A DNA stretch of 32,000 bases from the NCBI RefSeq assembly GCF_001481685.1, contig NZ_CP006867.1, positions 630,001-662,000 of the forward strand, in the 5' to 3' direction. This stretch comes from Ignicoccus islandicus DSM 13165. Its GTDB lineage: Archaea > Thermoproteota > Thermoprotei_A > Sulfolobales > Ignicoccaceae. Of the stretch, positions 16,316 through 25,352 are shown piece by piece (the stretch's first letter is position 1; each line of letters opens with the position of its first letter). Made by a program: the position numbers and the translations under genes. Under the pieces are notes generated by a model. It made no database searches. It was not told where the DNA came from and was given only the letters and a program-made list of their open reading frames with translations.

Positions 16316-16906
16316 TCCAATAACCTTTTCAGCGAACATCCTCATTAAGACCGGATCCTTCTTTCCAGGTTTGGACTCTATTCCACTGCTCACGTCAACT
16401 AAGTCCACGTTTAATTCCTTTAATATGGATAAGTTTTCTACCCTTAAGCCACCGGCAACGCCCAATAACGGTGGGGAAAGGAATTTAAACCATGTGGTCA
16501 GTGTTACCTTACTATTATGATTCTTCACATCTATGAGTAAGTATTCGATGTCTCTAATTTTGTTCAACGTCCATCCTTCTTGAGAGTTTACTGCTAGAGC
16601 TATACCTATATCGTAGTTGCTTAATAGGTGACGCCATTTTTCGTAACTTTCAGGTTCTGCCCAGTGAAGTTGAACAATATCAACGCTGCTACCTAATATC
16701 ACGTCAATGTTAGGTTCCTTGCGCGAGTCAATTACACCTACGATCTTCACGTGTCTCGGAATAATTGAAGCTATATCTCTAACAATCTGAGGGTTTACTA
16801 ACCGGGGCGATTTAGCATCTATTATAAATCCCAGGTATAGAGCACCGACCTCGACAGCCAATAACGCGTCCTCCTCGTTAGTCAAACCGCAAATCTTTAG
16901 CAACAT
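16301..16906 (-). CDS. trpF: N-(5'-phosphoribosyl)anthranilate isomerase
   Basis: MLLKICGLTNEEDALLAVEVGALYLGFI N-terminus and the C-terminal LAGGL-type segment (VAGGLRVENL...DVSSGIE). 201 aa. No other trp genes are nearby. Confidence 0.85.
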   Translation of the reverse strand: MLLKICGLTNEEDALLAVEVGALYLGFIIDAKSPRLVNPQIVRDIASIIPRHVKIVGVIDSRKEPNIDVILGSSVDIVQLHWAEPESYEKWRHLLSNYDIGIALAVNSQEGWTLNKIRDIEYLLIDVKNHNSKVTLTTWFKFLSPPLLGVAGGLRVENLSILKELNVDLVDVSSGIESKPGKKDPVLMRMFAEKVIGLELL

Positions 16907-16989
16907 TTCCTTATGTCACACCTAGGAAGACTTCTCGTTAATCACCTAAAAATAGTCCTTTCCAGTAGACGTTCACGGGCCTCTTAAGT

Positions 16990-18336
16990 ATGGAAAAACA
17001 AGAGAAACTGAGTTTAATAGATGCAGTAGCTCTCGGAGTTGGTATTATAATAGGTGCATCTATATTCTCGCTTATAGGGGTAGATATACAAATAGCGGGA
17101 AGGAACCTACCAGAAGCCTTCCTTCTTTCGGGTATAGTGGCTCTTGGGATAGCATATTCGTATGCGAAACTAGGAACAATAATAACGTCTAATGCAGGTC
17201 CGATTGAATACGCTCTTCATGCATTTGGAGATAACGTATTCATAGGATTCCTAGCGACAATCTACTGGATAAGCTACGTGGTTTCAATAGCGCTGTTCGC
17301 ATTTACGTTTTCGAGTTATTTACTCGGAGCGTTGGGATTAGAAAAGAACTGGTTACTACACTCTGTAACGAATGCAACGATAATATCGATTTTTACGGCC
17401 CTTAACTTCAAGGGAGCCAAGTCCGTAGGAAATGCCGAAACAGTACTCGTCTTTTTGAAGCTGTTTATATTATTCTTACTAATAACTGCTGGATTGGTTG
17501 CTTTAAAGGTTGAGAAGCTAGTGCCCGATTTGAGTCAAGAAGGATTGAGGAAGCTAGTTACTGCAGCTACTCTAACTCTTCTAAGTTACGCTGGGTTCGG
17601 TGTTATAACTAACGCTTCAGAAAACATTGAAAATCCTAAAAGGAACGTACCTTTAGCTATTTACCTAAGCTTGCTAATATCCCTCATAGTCTACTTACTA
17701 ATCTCGATCGTAGCTGTAGGCGCTACGGAGATCGGAAACGTGGTAAAATATAAGGATTACGCTCTAGCGGTAATAGCTCGACCCTTATTGGGCGATTTAG
17801 GGTTCTATCTAGTAAGTTTCGGAGCTCTCGTCTCGACGTTATCAGCTTTAAACTCGGCCCTCTATGGTGGGGCCAACGTCGCTTACGCGTTAGCTAAGAA
17901 AGGCGAACTACCAAGAGTTTTTGAGAGAAAGGTCTGGTTCGGTGAACCAGAGGGACTCTTCATTACTGCTATTTTAGGTTTCTTACTATCGGTATCGTTG
18001 AATATCGAAGGTATAGCTGAGCTTACTACCTTCTCAATAATTATCGTATACTTAGCAGTAATAGCTTCTCACTGGAAGTTGAGGAAGTACACCAATGGAA
18101 ACTCGTTTATTATTTCACTATCAATAATCGCAGTGAGCCTTATGTCTGCTAACCTACTGTACTATACGTACATTACGAACGAGAAAGCCTTCTGGACCTC
18201 TGTAGTAGCTATTTTGGCCTCGGTTGCGTTTGAAATAGTATATCGTGGGTTCACTGGGAGAGGATTCTCTAAGAGAGCGAGCGAATGGTATAGAAGAGCT
18301 AGAGGAATAAGGAAATCCAATCACAAGTCCTCTTGA
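16990..18336 (+). CDS. APC-superfamily amino acid permease
   Basis: 448 aa with about 12 hydrophobic segments. The N-terminus LSLIDAVALGVGIIIGASIF is typical of amino acid/polyamine/organocation transporters. Confidence 0.8.
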   Translation: MEKQEKLSLIDAVALGVGIIIGASIFSLIGVDIQIAGRNLPEAFLLSGIVALGIAYSYAKLGTIITSNAGPIEYALHAFGDNVFIGFLATIYWISYVVSIALFAFTFSSYLLGALGLEKNWLLHSVTNATIISIFTALNFKGAKSVGNAETVLVFLKLFILFLLITAGLVALKVEKLVPDLSQEGLRKLVTAATLTLLSYAGFGVITNASENIENPKRNVPLAIYLSLLISLIVYLLISIVAVGATEIGNVVKYKDYALAVIARPLLGDLGFYLVSFGALVSTLSALNSALYGGANVAYALAKKGELPRVFERKVWFGEPEGLFITAILGFLLSVSLNIEGIAELTTFSIIIVYLAVIASHWKLRKYTNGNSFIISLSIIAVSLMSANLLYYTYITNEKAFWTSVVAILASVAFEIVYRGFTGRGFSKRASEWYRRARGIRKSNHKSS

Positions 18337-20297
18337 CGAAACACCAAGCTCTCCCTTATCTTTGGCGTATAGACTTCTGAGTCTGAAGGCAAGCCCAACC
18401 TTCTGCTATTCCTTTTGATGGCTTTAGCTAGACCTTCTATCCTACTTGCTTCGCCGTGATTCAGAACTATATTTCTCGGTTTGGGACTTAGTGTCTTGAG
18501 CCAATTCAATAACTCGCTTCTCGAGCTATGACCAGAGAAACCTTCTACCGAGTATACGTGGAGCTTCACGTCTATTGGTACGGAGATCCCACCTTCTTGG
18601 AGCCATACTCTATTATATCCCTCTTTCAATTGTCTTCCTAGTGTCCCAGCTGCTTGATAAGCTACGAACACGAGAGAGTGACGAGGATCTTCAGCCATTT
18701 CCTTAAAGTAGTCGAGTGCCGGACCACCAGTGAGCATACCTGAAGTAGCAATTATAACGCCCGGATCGCCCTTTATTACGTCTTTTCTATCAACATCGTT
18801 CTTCCCTACAGTTTCGACGGATTCGTCCAAGAAGGGATTCTCGCCTTTAAGTATTTGGTCCTTTATCTTCTTCGAAAGCCACTCTGGGTACGTAGCGTGG
18901 ATTGCGGTCACTTCGTAAACCATACCATCTAAGTATATTTTTGGTTTAGAACCGTCCGGAAGCTTTAGTAATCCGTTCTTAATTGCATCTAGGAGAACTA
19001 ATAGTATTTCTTGGCCTCTCCCTATTGCTAATACTGGTATGAGTACCTTGCCCCCTCTTTCGAAGGTTTTCTTTATTATATCTATAAGCATCCTTTCGGA
19101 AAGTTCTCTAGGCGGTAAGTCCTCGGTACCATAAGTACTTTCCATGATAACCGTCTCAATCCTCGTAAACTTGTCGTTGGCTTTTTCTAGTAATCTCGTA
19201 TTTGCATACTTCATGTCTCCCGTATAAAGGATGTTGTAGAACCCTTCCCCGATATGTAAATGGGCCATTGCGCTTCCTAGTATGTGGCCGGCAGGATAGA
19301 AGGTCAACTTCACGTCTGGAGCGATGTCCGTTACTTCTGCATAGTTTATGGTGATGGTCCTTAGTAACATATCGGTTACATCTAGCATACTAAAGGGAGG
19401 TAATCGTCCTTGTTTTTGAGCCACCTCTATGTAATCTTTCAACATCAGGTACATGAGATCCCTAGTAGGGGGCGTTACGTATACCGGACCTCTATATCCA
19501 TACTTATATAGTAATGGAACTAATCCGCAATGATCCATGTGAGCATGCGTCACCACTACCGCATCTAATTCCTCTAAATCCAAGCCCTCGATACGCGGGA
19601 AGTGTTTCAAGGGATCGTATGAGCTTAAGTTAACGCCGAAGTCCAGCAATATCTTCGATTCCCTAGTTTCTACAAGTATAGCAGACCTACCAACCTCCAT
19701 GAAGCCACCGAACGCAGTTACCCTCACGTGATTCTCATCGGACTTGAATAGGAGTGGCCTATGTATTCTCAGTCCAATATCTTTAAGTATTTCCAACCTT
19801 TCCTTCGCAGCAGCTCTATATATGCTTCTTACTTCATCTATTGCTGCTGACTGGAGAGGAGGTTCTCTAATTACTACAGGCTTCCATCCAGTTTCTGCTA
19901 GTAGTTGTCTTTGTCTTTGACCGCCCTTACCAACTACGTACCCCGGTTTAGGAGTAATTATGTAGACTTCACCAGTTGTTGGTTCGAAATCTATCTTAGA
20001 TACGTTTTCGTGGCCTAAAATTTCTATTATCTTTTCCCTAGCTACGTCCCGAGGGAGTCTTTTGTCTTCAGAAGATTTTATTAGAATTCTCTTTCTCAGC
20101 TTCCTAGCTGCGTCTTTTATTATTTGGGGATTCTCGTATATTGGTAAGAGGTTAGTTACGTAAATAGCTATGGAAGGTCCTTCGTATTCTATCTTTTGTA
20201 TACCTAAATCATCTGGGAGGACTTCATATACTTCTCTTAAAAGTTTTTCTCTCGGATCAACAACGTTTCTCCGTCTATCCGTCTTGGTATTACTCAT
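18321..20297 (-). CDS. aCPSF1-type KH-domain / metallo-beta-lactamase / beta-CASP ribonuclease (archaeal termination factor FttA family)
   Basis: 658 aa. The N-terminal KH-like region has VVGKGGQRQRQL. MBL motif VVTHAHMDHCG. beta-CASP and C-terminal motifs include GFSGHSSRSEL and LNHGE. Confidence 0.88.
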   Translation of the reverse strand: MSNTKTDRRRNVVDPREKLLREVYEVLPDDLGIQKIEYEGPSIAIYVTNLLPIYENPQIIKDAARKLRKRILIKSSEDKRLPRDVAREKIIEILGHENVSKIDFEPTTGEVYIITPKPGYVVGKGGQRQRQLLAETGWKPVVIREPPLQSAAIDEVRSIYRAAAKERLEILKDIGLRIHRPLLFKSDENHVRVTAFGGFMEVGRSAILVETRESKILLDFGVNLSSYDPLKHFPRIEGLDLEELDAVVVTHAHMDHCGLVPLLYKYGYRGPVYVTPPTRDLMYLMLKDYIEVAQKQGRLPPFSMLDVTDMLLRTITINYAEVTDIAPDVKLTFYPAGHILGSAMAHLHIGEGFYNILYTGDMKYANTRLLEKANDKFTRIETVIMESTYGTEDLPPRELSERMLIDIIKKTFERGGKVLIPVLAIGRGQEILLVLLDAIKNGLLKLPDGSKPKIYLDGMVYEVTAIHATYPEWLSKKIKDQILKGENPFLDESVETVGKNDVDRKDVIKGDPGVIIATSGMLTGGPALDYFKEMAEDPRHSLVFVAYQAAGTLGRQLKEGYNRVWLQEGGISVPIDVKLHVYSVEGFSGHSSRSELLNWLKTLSPKPRNIVLNHGEASRIEGLAKAIKRNSRRLGLPSDSEVYTPKIRESLVFRQEDL

Positions 20298-20310
20298 GAG
20301 CCTAACACCT

Positions 20311-20793
20311 CTACTCTATGAGGTATCTCTTAAGTAGTATGGGTATGAGCCAAGGTTCCGAGCTCCCCTTCCTTCTCGGAGGTGCACTTAGCTGAGAGAA
20401 CTTCTTACAGACCACCTCTAGCGGACATTCGCCGCACTGCTTATTACACGTGGATCTATAAGTTTTCAATCCTTCATATATTCTCCAGAGCACGTAACCT
20501 ATTTCCTTCTCTACTTCGGAAAGCTCGTGATTTACGAGCTCTTTTTCAATACCATTTGAAGACTCCAAGTCCCTTTTCAAAGCATCACGGAGCTGCAGTA
20601 ACTTCGAATACCATCCGAACAAGGACAAGATGTATGATGGTGTGACATCGGTTAATGACGCCTCGTTTACGTTATCGTTACCGAACGTCTCAGCGTCAGT
20701 ATCTATAATTTCTAGATCATCTTCAGCAAACTCTTCCTCGTCATCAACTTTTTCCTCAGTGATATCGACGTGTTCTTCAATGTCTTCGATCAT
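20311..20793 (-). CDS. hypothetical protein with acidic N-terminal tail and C-terminal CX3CX2CX5C cluster (possibly TFE-beta/RPC34-like)
   Basis: The first ~45 aa are mostly Asp/Glu. Cys116/120/123/129 occur in CNKQCGECPLEVVC followed by ...EPWL. The CX2CX5C spacing and the CG.CP context recall the Fe-S domain of RPC34/TFE-beta. The stop lies 13 nt before the aCPSF1 start on the same strand. Confidence 0.6.
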   Translation of the reverse strand: MIEDIEEHVDITEEKVDDEEEFAEDDLEIIDTDAETFGNDNVNEASLTDVTPSYILSLFGWYSKLLQLRDALKRDLESSNGIEKELVNHELSEVEKEIGYVLWRIYEGLKTYRSTCNKQCGECPLEVVCKKFSQLSAPPRRKGSSEPWLIPILLKRYLIE

Positions 20794-20817
20794 TAGTTAT
20801 TCACCGGGTGACATTGA

Positions 20818-21324
20818 ATGCACGAACACGAGGCTTTCGGACCCAAAAAAGCTAAAGTTTCTATAGTTGTAGTCTCAGATAAGGTATTTAAAGGTTTAAG
20901 GAAGGACGAAAGCGGTTTATATGCTCGTGAAAGAGTTTCAAAGGAACACGAAGTAGTATATTTCTCAGTGATACCTAATTCGCAAGAAGACATTTTAAAT
21001 GAACTTCAAAAAGCGAAGGAGACTGGTTCCGATGTACTAATTTTCATCGGAGGGAGTGGTCTCGGTCCGAACGATTTAACAGTAGACGTTGTTTCGAAAT
21101 ATGGAAAGGAAGTGCCGGGCTTTGGTGAAATATTCCGTTTGGAAACATATAGGAAACGAGGTCCCATTGCTATTCTTACGAGAGCCGGTATGTGGATAGT
21201 TGATAGCACGATCGTTGTCGTAACCCCTGGTTCTAAAGATGCAGTAAGTACTGCTCTAGACGTTCTCCTACCAGTTTTGCGCCATCTAATTGCCGAAGTA
21301 AGGGGATTGAGACACAATAAGTAA
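20818..21324 (+). CDS. moaB: molybdenum cofactor biosynthesis protein B (MoaB/MogA family)
   Basis: VSIVVVSDKVFKGLRKDESG and the IFIGGSGLGPNDLT signature. 168 aa. Confidence 0.82.
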   Translation: MHEHEAFGPKKAKVSIVVVSDKVFKGLRKDESGLYARERVSKEHEVVYFSVIPNSQEDILNELQKAKETGSDVLIFIGGSGLGPNDLTVDVVSKYGKEVPGFGEIFRLETYRKRGPIAILTRAGMWIVDSTIVVVTPGSKDAVSTALDVLLPVLRHLIAEVRGLRHNK

Positions 21325-21326
21325 AA

Positions 21327-21335
21327 TTTTTAAAT
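21327..21335 (+). promoter_or_regulatory. TATA box TTTTTAAAT for tRNA-Glu
   Basis: The box sits 23 nt before the mature 5' nucleotide (21359). The sequence TTTTTAAATC and the spacing are identical to the tRNA-Ser promoter. Confidence 0.55.
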
Positions 21336-21358
21336 CCCTAAGACCACTCCCTCACGGA

Positions 21359-21436
21359 GCCGCCGTAGTATAGTCCGGCCAAGTATGCGGGCCTCTCAAG
21401 CCCGTGACCCGGGTTCAAATCCCGGCGGCGGCACCA
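21359..21436 (+). tRNA. tRNA-Glu (anticodon CUC), CCA encoded
   Basis: Manual fold: acceptor GCCGCCG/CGGCGGC, anticodon stem CGGGC/GCCCG with loop CUCUCAA, T-arm CCGGG-UUCAAAU-CCCGG, discriminator A, and CCA. Confidence 0.9.
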
Positions 21437-21716
21437 ATCCACGCTCACTAAGAGCATATTCTTACCTTTTCTAACAATTACCTCCCAACTCTTACGAAGA
21501 CCCCCAGGATTAATCTCGATACACCGTTAATTCATAATATGTTTTTATATTCAGTGTCGCTGTACCTTATCAATAGACAGCAATAGAATCGAATAAGAAT
21601 AAGTTTAAATGTGAAGATTAAATAGCGGAACAGTACTAAATAGATTGTGCATGTACACGAAACTTGAGATAGGATGAACTATATGATTGTATTCCTTCCA
21701 TTCGCTATATAATAAT

Positions 21717-21781
21717 TAATAAGAAGAGATATAGGAGCCCCGAGGCGGGGTGGCGGGCCCGCCGGGATTTGAACCCGGGAC
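21717..21781. repeat. 65-bp direct repeat, copy A (tRNA-Lys 3' exon plus 34-nt 3' trailer)
   Basis: Base-for-base identical to 26872-26936 at an offset of 5155 bp. It covers the T-arm, 3' acceptor strand, CCA, the trailer hairpin CCCCG-CCU-CGGGG and the pyrimidine-rich tail CUCCUAUAUCUCUUCUUAUUA. Confidence 0.9.
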
Positions 21782-21840
21782 CAACGGGTTTCTTCCATAG
21801 GTTAAAAGCCCGCCGCTCTGCCTGGCTGAGCTACGGGCCC
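21751..21840 (-). tRNA. tRNA-Lys (anticodon UUU) with 13-nt intron at or near canonical 37/38 (about 21790-21802), CCA encoded
   Basis: Minus strand reads GGGCCCGUAGCUCAGCCAGGCAGAGCG-GCGGG-CUUUUA[ACCUAUGGAAGAA]A-CCCGU-UGGUC-CCGGGUUCAAAUCCCGG-CGGGCCC-G-CCA. CUUU (32-35) can pair with intron GAAG to form the 4-bp centre of a relaxed BHB motif. Confidence 0.88.
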
Positions 21841-21933
21841 ACGACACCATTCATAGGCCTTCTAAGATAGTTAATAAATTTTGGTGGAAAGGAGCAATGG
21901 GATAGAGCGATTAGGAGCGAACTACCTGAAAAT

Positions 21934-23484
21934 TTGATGAAGATTTTAATGAGGATGGATGGAAGGGGTTACAAGAGTTACAAACTGCTTCTTAAAGAGA
22001 GATATAAGATTGGTAGAATTAACCTGAGCTTTAGGAAAATTCAATCCGATCCGTTCGCCCCACCAAGCGTATTGGAAATAGTTACTCCGAACACGCTGAA
22101 AGGGTACCCTCAAGTCGCTTTAGAGGATTTACTTCATAGAGTTCTCTATAAGAACTTAAGGAAAGTCTCAAAAAAGAGAGGTGAGGGGAGAAGCGGTGAA
22201 GCCTCAGTACCTCGTCCGAGTAATTCTATTCTAAAGAGAAGTTCTGTAAAGGTAACTGATGAAAATATTGCCGTTAGAATTAACGTAGGATTGCCTTCCC
22301 GAAGAAGACGAATTCTCGCTACTGAGGCCATTGAACTCATCGAAAGCGTTCTCAAGGCGTTTAATTCGAGCCTAAGCGATCTAAAAGGTTCCATCGAAGA
22401 ACACTCGAAAGTATACCTAGTATTCAACGAAATAAGGAACAAATTAGGAAGATTGAAATTAGTTGCCTTTGTAGGGAACGGTTCTATCTTACCGAGGGCA
22501 TGCCATTACTGCGAAGAACCGTTAAAGGGTGCGGTACCATTCGAAAGTCCCACCTCCATGAAGGTAGAAATAGAGACTAAATTCGGAGTTTTCGAAGGGA
22601 TGGGTGTACCCAAGGGCGTTACGACGGTCATAGGACCGGCTTTCCATGGAAAAACGACGCTTCTAGAAGCGCTTGCGAAAAGCATCTGGCCCCACGTTAA
22701 AGGGGATGGTAGAGAATTAGTTGTGACTTCAAAGGACTTCGTTTACGTTCGCTCGGAAGACGGAAGGGTAGTTAAGTGCGTTGACGTAAGGTCATTCATT
22801 GAGCTTCCAAATAGCGATTGCTTCACCACTCTTGACGCTTCCGGTGCAACCAGCGTAGCTGCTTCCTTTCAGGAGGCTGTAGAGGTCGGCTCTAACGTTA
22901 TTGCTATAGATGAAGATTACACTGCAACGAACTTCCTCTTTTTAGATCCTATAATAGGAAAATTGTATCGTACAAGAACAATAAGAACCCTTTCGGAACA
23001 ACTTTCCTCAATAAAGGATAAGGGAATAAGCGTTTTATTGATAGCCAATGCCTCATCCCAAGTTTTGGTCCAGTCAGATAAAGTGATCTACATGGAAAAC
23101 TACTCGCCGGAAGACTTAACGGAACGGGTCAAGAACGAAATCGATGTTAACGTCAACGCAATCGAGTACTCGAAACCTTCTTCACGCATAATCGAGTACG
23201 TACCCCCTAAGAAGTTGAAGAGGAGGGGCCTCGAGATAATTTCCCCAGGCTGGAGCGCTCCCTTGGACTTTCACACTAATCCACATATAGTAGAAGAAGC
23301 TCAAGTCGAGTTCATTGCAAAGTTCCTCTCTAAGAAATTTAGCGGTAAATTAAGCGAACTAGACCTACCGCATCCTTGGGACCTCTGCGTAACTCCCAAT
23401 TGCAGCGAGGTCAGGACTTACGAAATAGCTTACGCACTTAACAGATGTGAAGGCATTAGAGTAATGAAACTCACTAACATTTAA
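21934..23484 (+). CDS. ABC_ATPase-family protein (predicted ATPase of the ABC class, COG3044-like)
   Basis: The N-terminal block GRGYKSYKLL...IQSDPFAPPSVLEIV matches the remembered family signature (Y.aYk.l...vQ.DPFA.PS). Walker A is GPAFHGKTTLLEAL and the Walker-B-like motif is VIAIDEDYTATNF. The start could be ATG 21937 or 21955. Confidence 0.75.
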   Translation: MMKILMRMDGRGYKSYKLLLKERYKIGRINLSFRKIQSDPFAPPSVLEIVTPNTLKGYPQVALEDLLHRVLYKNLRKVSKKRGEGRSGEASVPRPSNSILKRSSVKVTDENIAVRINVGLPSRRRRILATEAIELIESVLKAFNSSLSDLKGSIEEHSKVYLVFNEIRNKLGRLKLVAFVGNGSILPRACHYCEEPLKGAVPFESPTSMKVEIETKFGVFEGMGVPKGVTTVIGPAFHGKTTLLEALAKSIWPHVKGDGRELVVTSKDFVYVRSEDGRVVKCVDVRSFIELPNSDCFTTLDASGATSVAASFQEAVEVGSNVIAIDEDYTATNFLFLDPIIGKLYRTRTIRTLSEQLSSIKDKGISVLLIANASSQVLVQSDKVIYMENYSPEDLTERVKNEIDVNVNAIEYSKPSSRIIEYVPPKKLKRRGLEIISPGWSAPLDFHTNPHIVEEAQVEFIAKFLSKKFSGKLSELDLPHPWDLCVTPNCSEVRTYEIAYALNRCEGIRVMKLTNI

Positions 23485-23520
23485 GGGAAGAGCAATTGAT
23501 ACGATTGCGGTTAGGAATAG

Positions 23521-24618
23521 TTGGATAGGAAAGTGATATTAGTAGCGTGTACTCGGAGCGACAACTTCGAGGAAACCTTAGCGCTCTGTCACACGGCCAA
23601 CTTAAAAGTGGTAGATGTACTCAATTTCTGTAAGAAGCCGGATCCAGGTTTCTACCTTACTAAAGGTAAGCTAAAGGAACTGAAAGAAATGGTGGAGAAA
23701 GACTCCCTCAATGCAATCGTAATCGATACGCAGCTCAAACCAAGCCAATACTACAGGCTTCAGAGGGAATTGGGCGTTGAAGTTATAGATAGGGTTATGT
23801 TAATACTGAAAATTTTCGAACTCCATAGTGGAAGCAAAGAAGCTAAGCTCCAGACCGAGCTAGCTCGCCTAAAGTACGAACTTTCTATATCAAAGGAATA
23901 TATTAGGAGAAAGAAATTAGGCGAACAAGTTCACTTCCTAGGTCCTGGTGAATACGCAGCCGAATATCTCATCAAGGCGTTTCACAGGAAGATAAAGAAA
24001 ATAGAAAACGAGCTAGAGAAAGTGAAGAAAAGGCGAATGACCCAAAAACTAAGCAGGAGGAGGAGCTTAAGTGCACCCGAAGTGGCCGTAACGGGATATA
24101 CATGTGCTGGTAAAACTGCTCTAATAAACGCTCTTTCTAAATCTAATTTAATGGAAGGACCTGAGATGTTCACAACAATAACTCCGAAGCACGTCAAAGT
24201 AAGGCGCAACGGCTGGGAGGTAGTTCTTATTGATACTGTGGGATTCATCGAAAGCGTCCCACCTCAACTGATTGAGGCGTTCCACGCAACGTTGGCCGAG
24301 GTCACCTATTCGGATGCCATTCTCTTAGTAATCGATTCTTCAGAAGAGGAAGGTCGTGTAATCAATAAAACTCTGAGTAGCCTCGAAACGCTGAGTGAAA
24401 TAGATGCGATCGACAAACCCTTAGTTGTGGCGCTAAACAAAATAGACATAGCACGCGACTGGAAATCCAAGATGGAAGTTCTAGAAGAACTATTGAAAGA
24501 ATACTACCCTTGGAGCTTCTCTATAGTTCCCGTATCAGCTAGAGCTCAGCTAAACTTGAACTTACTATTAGACGTTCTCAAGGGCGTCGTAACTAAAACG
24601 GCATCGAATTCCGTTTGA
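23521..24618 (+). CDS. hflX: GTPase HflX
   Basis: HflX-type N-terminal domain (KGKLKELKEMVE..., QLKPSQYYRLQRELGVEVIDR). G1 is GYTCAGKTALINAL, G3 is DTVGF and G4 is NKID. Confidence 0.85.
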   Translation: MDRKVILVACTRSDNFEETLALCHTANLKVVDVLNFCKKPDPGFYLTKGKLKELKEMVEKDSLNAIVIDTQLKPSQYYRLQRELGVEVIDRVMLILKIFELHSGSKEAKLQTELARLKYELSISKEYIRRKKLGEQVHFLGPGEYAAEYLIKAFHRKIKKIENELEKVKKRRMTQKLSRRRSLSAPEVAVTGYTCAGKTALINALSKSNLMEGPEMFTTITPKHVKVRRNGWEVVLIDTVGFIESVPPQLIEAFHATLAEVTYSDAILLVIDSSEEEGRVINKTLSSLETLSEIDAIDKPLVVALNKIDIARDWKSKMEVLEELLKEYYPWSFSIVPVSARAQLNLNLLLDVLKGVVTKTASNSV

Positions 24619-24632
24619 ATGCAAGTTAACTA

Positions 24633-24641
24633 ATTTAAAAT
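24633..24641 (+). promoter_or_regulatory. TATA-like ATTTAAAAT upstream of the 63-aa ORF
   Basis: The 23-nt spacing predicts a start at about 24665, 5 nt before the GTG at 24670. That would make a near-leaderless mRNA. Confidence 0.35.
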
Positions 24642-24669
24642 CGGTCTATTCTACCCTCTTCAACGGGTT

Positions 24670-24861
24670 GTGAGGTTGAAGGTGGATGAAATCTTAAAGG
24701 AAATATTGGTCTCTCACGGTTCCCCCCTACCTGTAAAGAACGTAATCGAATATATTAAGGCGCGAGAACCTACTATTGATGAGAACGAGATCCAAAAGGC
24801 CATAGTGCGATGTCCCGAGATATATCTCTCAAAAGATTTCGTTTACTTGTTGGACGAATGA
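24670..24861 (+). CDS. hypothetical small protein (63 aa), possibly winged-helix-like
   Basis: GTG start at the right distance from a TATA-like box. The protein looks helical (ILKEILVSHGSPLPVKNVIEYIK...). No confident family. Confidence 0.4.
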   Translation: MRLKVDEILKEILVSHGSPLPVKNVIEYIKAREPTIDENEIQKAIVRCPEIYLSKDFVYLLDE

Positions 24862-25352
24862 TCGTAGACGCAAATTAAATCAGGGTAAACCTCTATTGCT
24901 TGTTCACACCTCAGCCCTATCCCCTTAAGCGAGCTTACGAGCGTACTACGACACGTTCGACGAATTTCCGAGTAAAAAGTCTCCCGACTAGAGAGGTTTT
25001 GGAGCACAGTAAAGGAATAGCAAGTATTAAATGAGTTCGAACGGAACGGCAAGCTTCTCGCGTCCGCTCTTATTACGTCTGCTAAGAGCTTCGTCTTCCT
25101 CTCTCGAGCCCGTTCCAACATCCCTAAGCTTATATCTATACCAATGTAAAACACGTCTTCTAGTTCCTCCATTAGTAAACCAGTGCCGCAACCTATGTCC
25201 AATACCCTTCTTTGAGGTTTCAAAACTTTTAATCCTATTTGGTATTTCCTTCTCTGTTCGTTCCCATATAGTTCGTCGTACCCTCTTGCAATTGCGTCGT
25301 AATATATTCTATTTTCAATGGCTTTGTTGAAATCCATTTTCATTGGTCTCAC
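24843..25352 (-). CDS. class I SAM-dependent methyltransferase
   Basis: Motif I VLDIGCGTGLL and the post-I acidic residue in GIDIS. The GTG start overlaps the upstream stop as GTGA. An alternative ATG start is at 25343. Confidence 0.8.
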   Translation of the reverse strand: MRPMKMDFNKAIENRIYYDAIARGYDELYGNEQRRKYQIGLKVLKPQRRVLDIGCGTGLLMEELEDVFYIGIDISLGMLERARERKTKLLADVIRADARSLPFRSNSFNTCYSFTVLQNLSSRETFYSEIRRTCRSTLVSSLKGIGLRCEQAIEVYPDLICVYDHSSNK

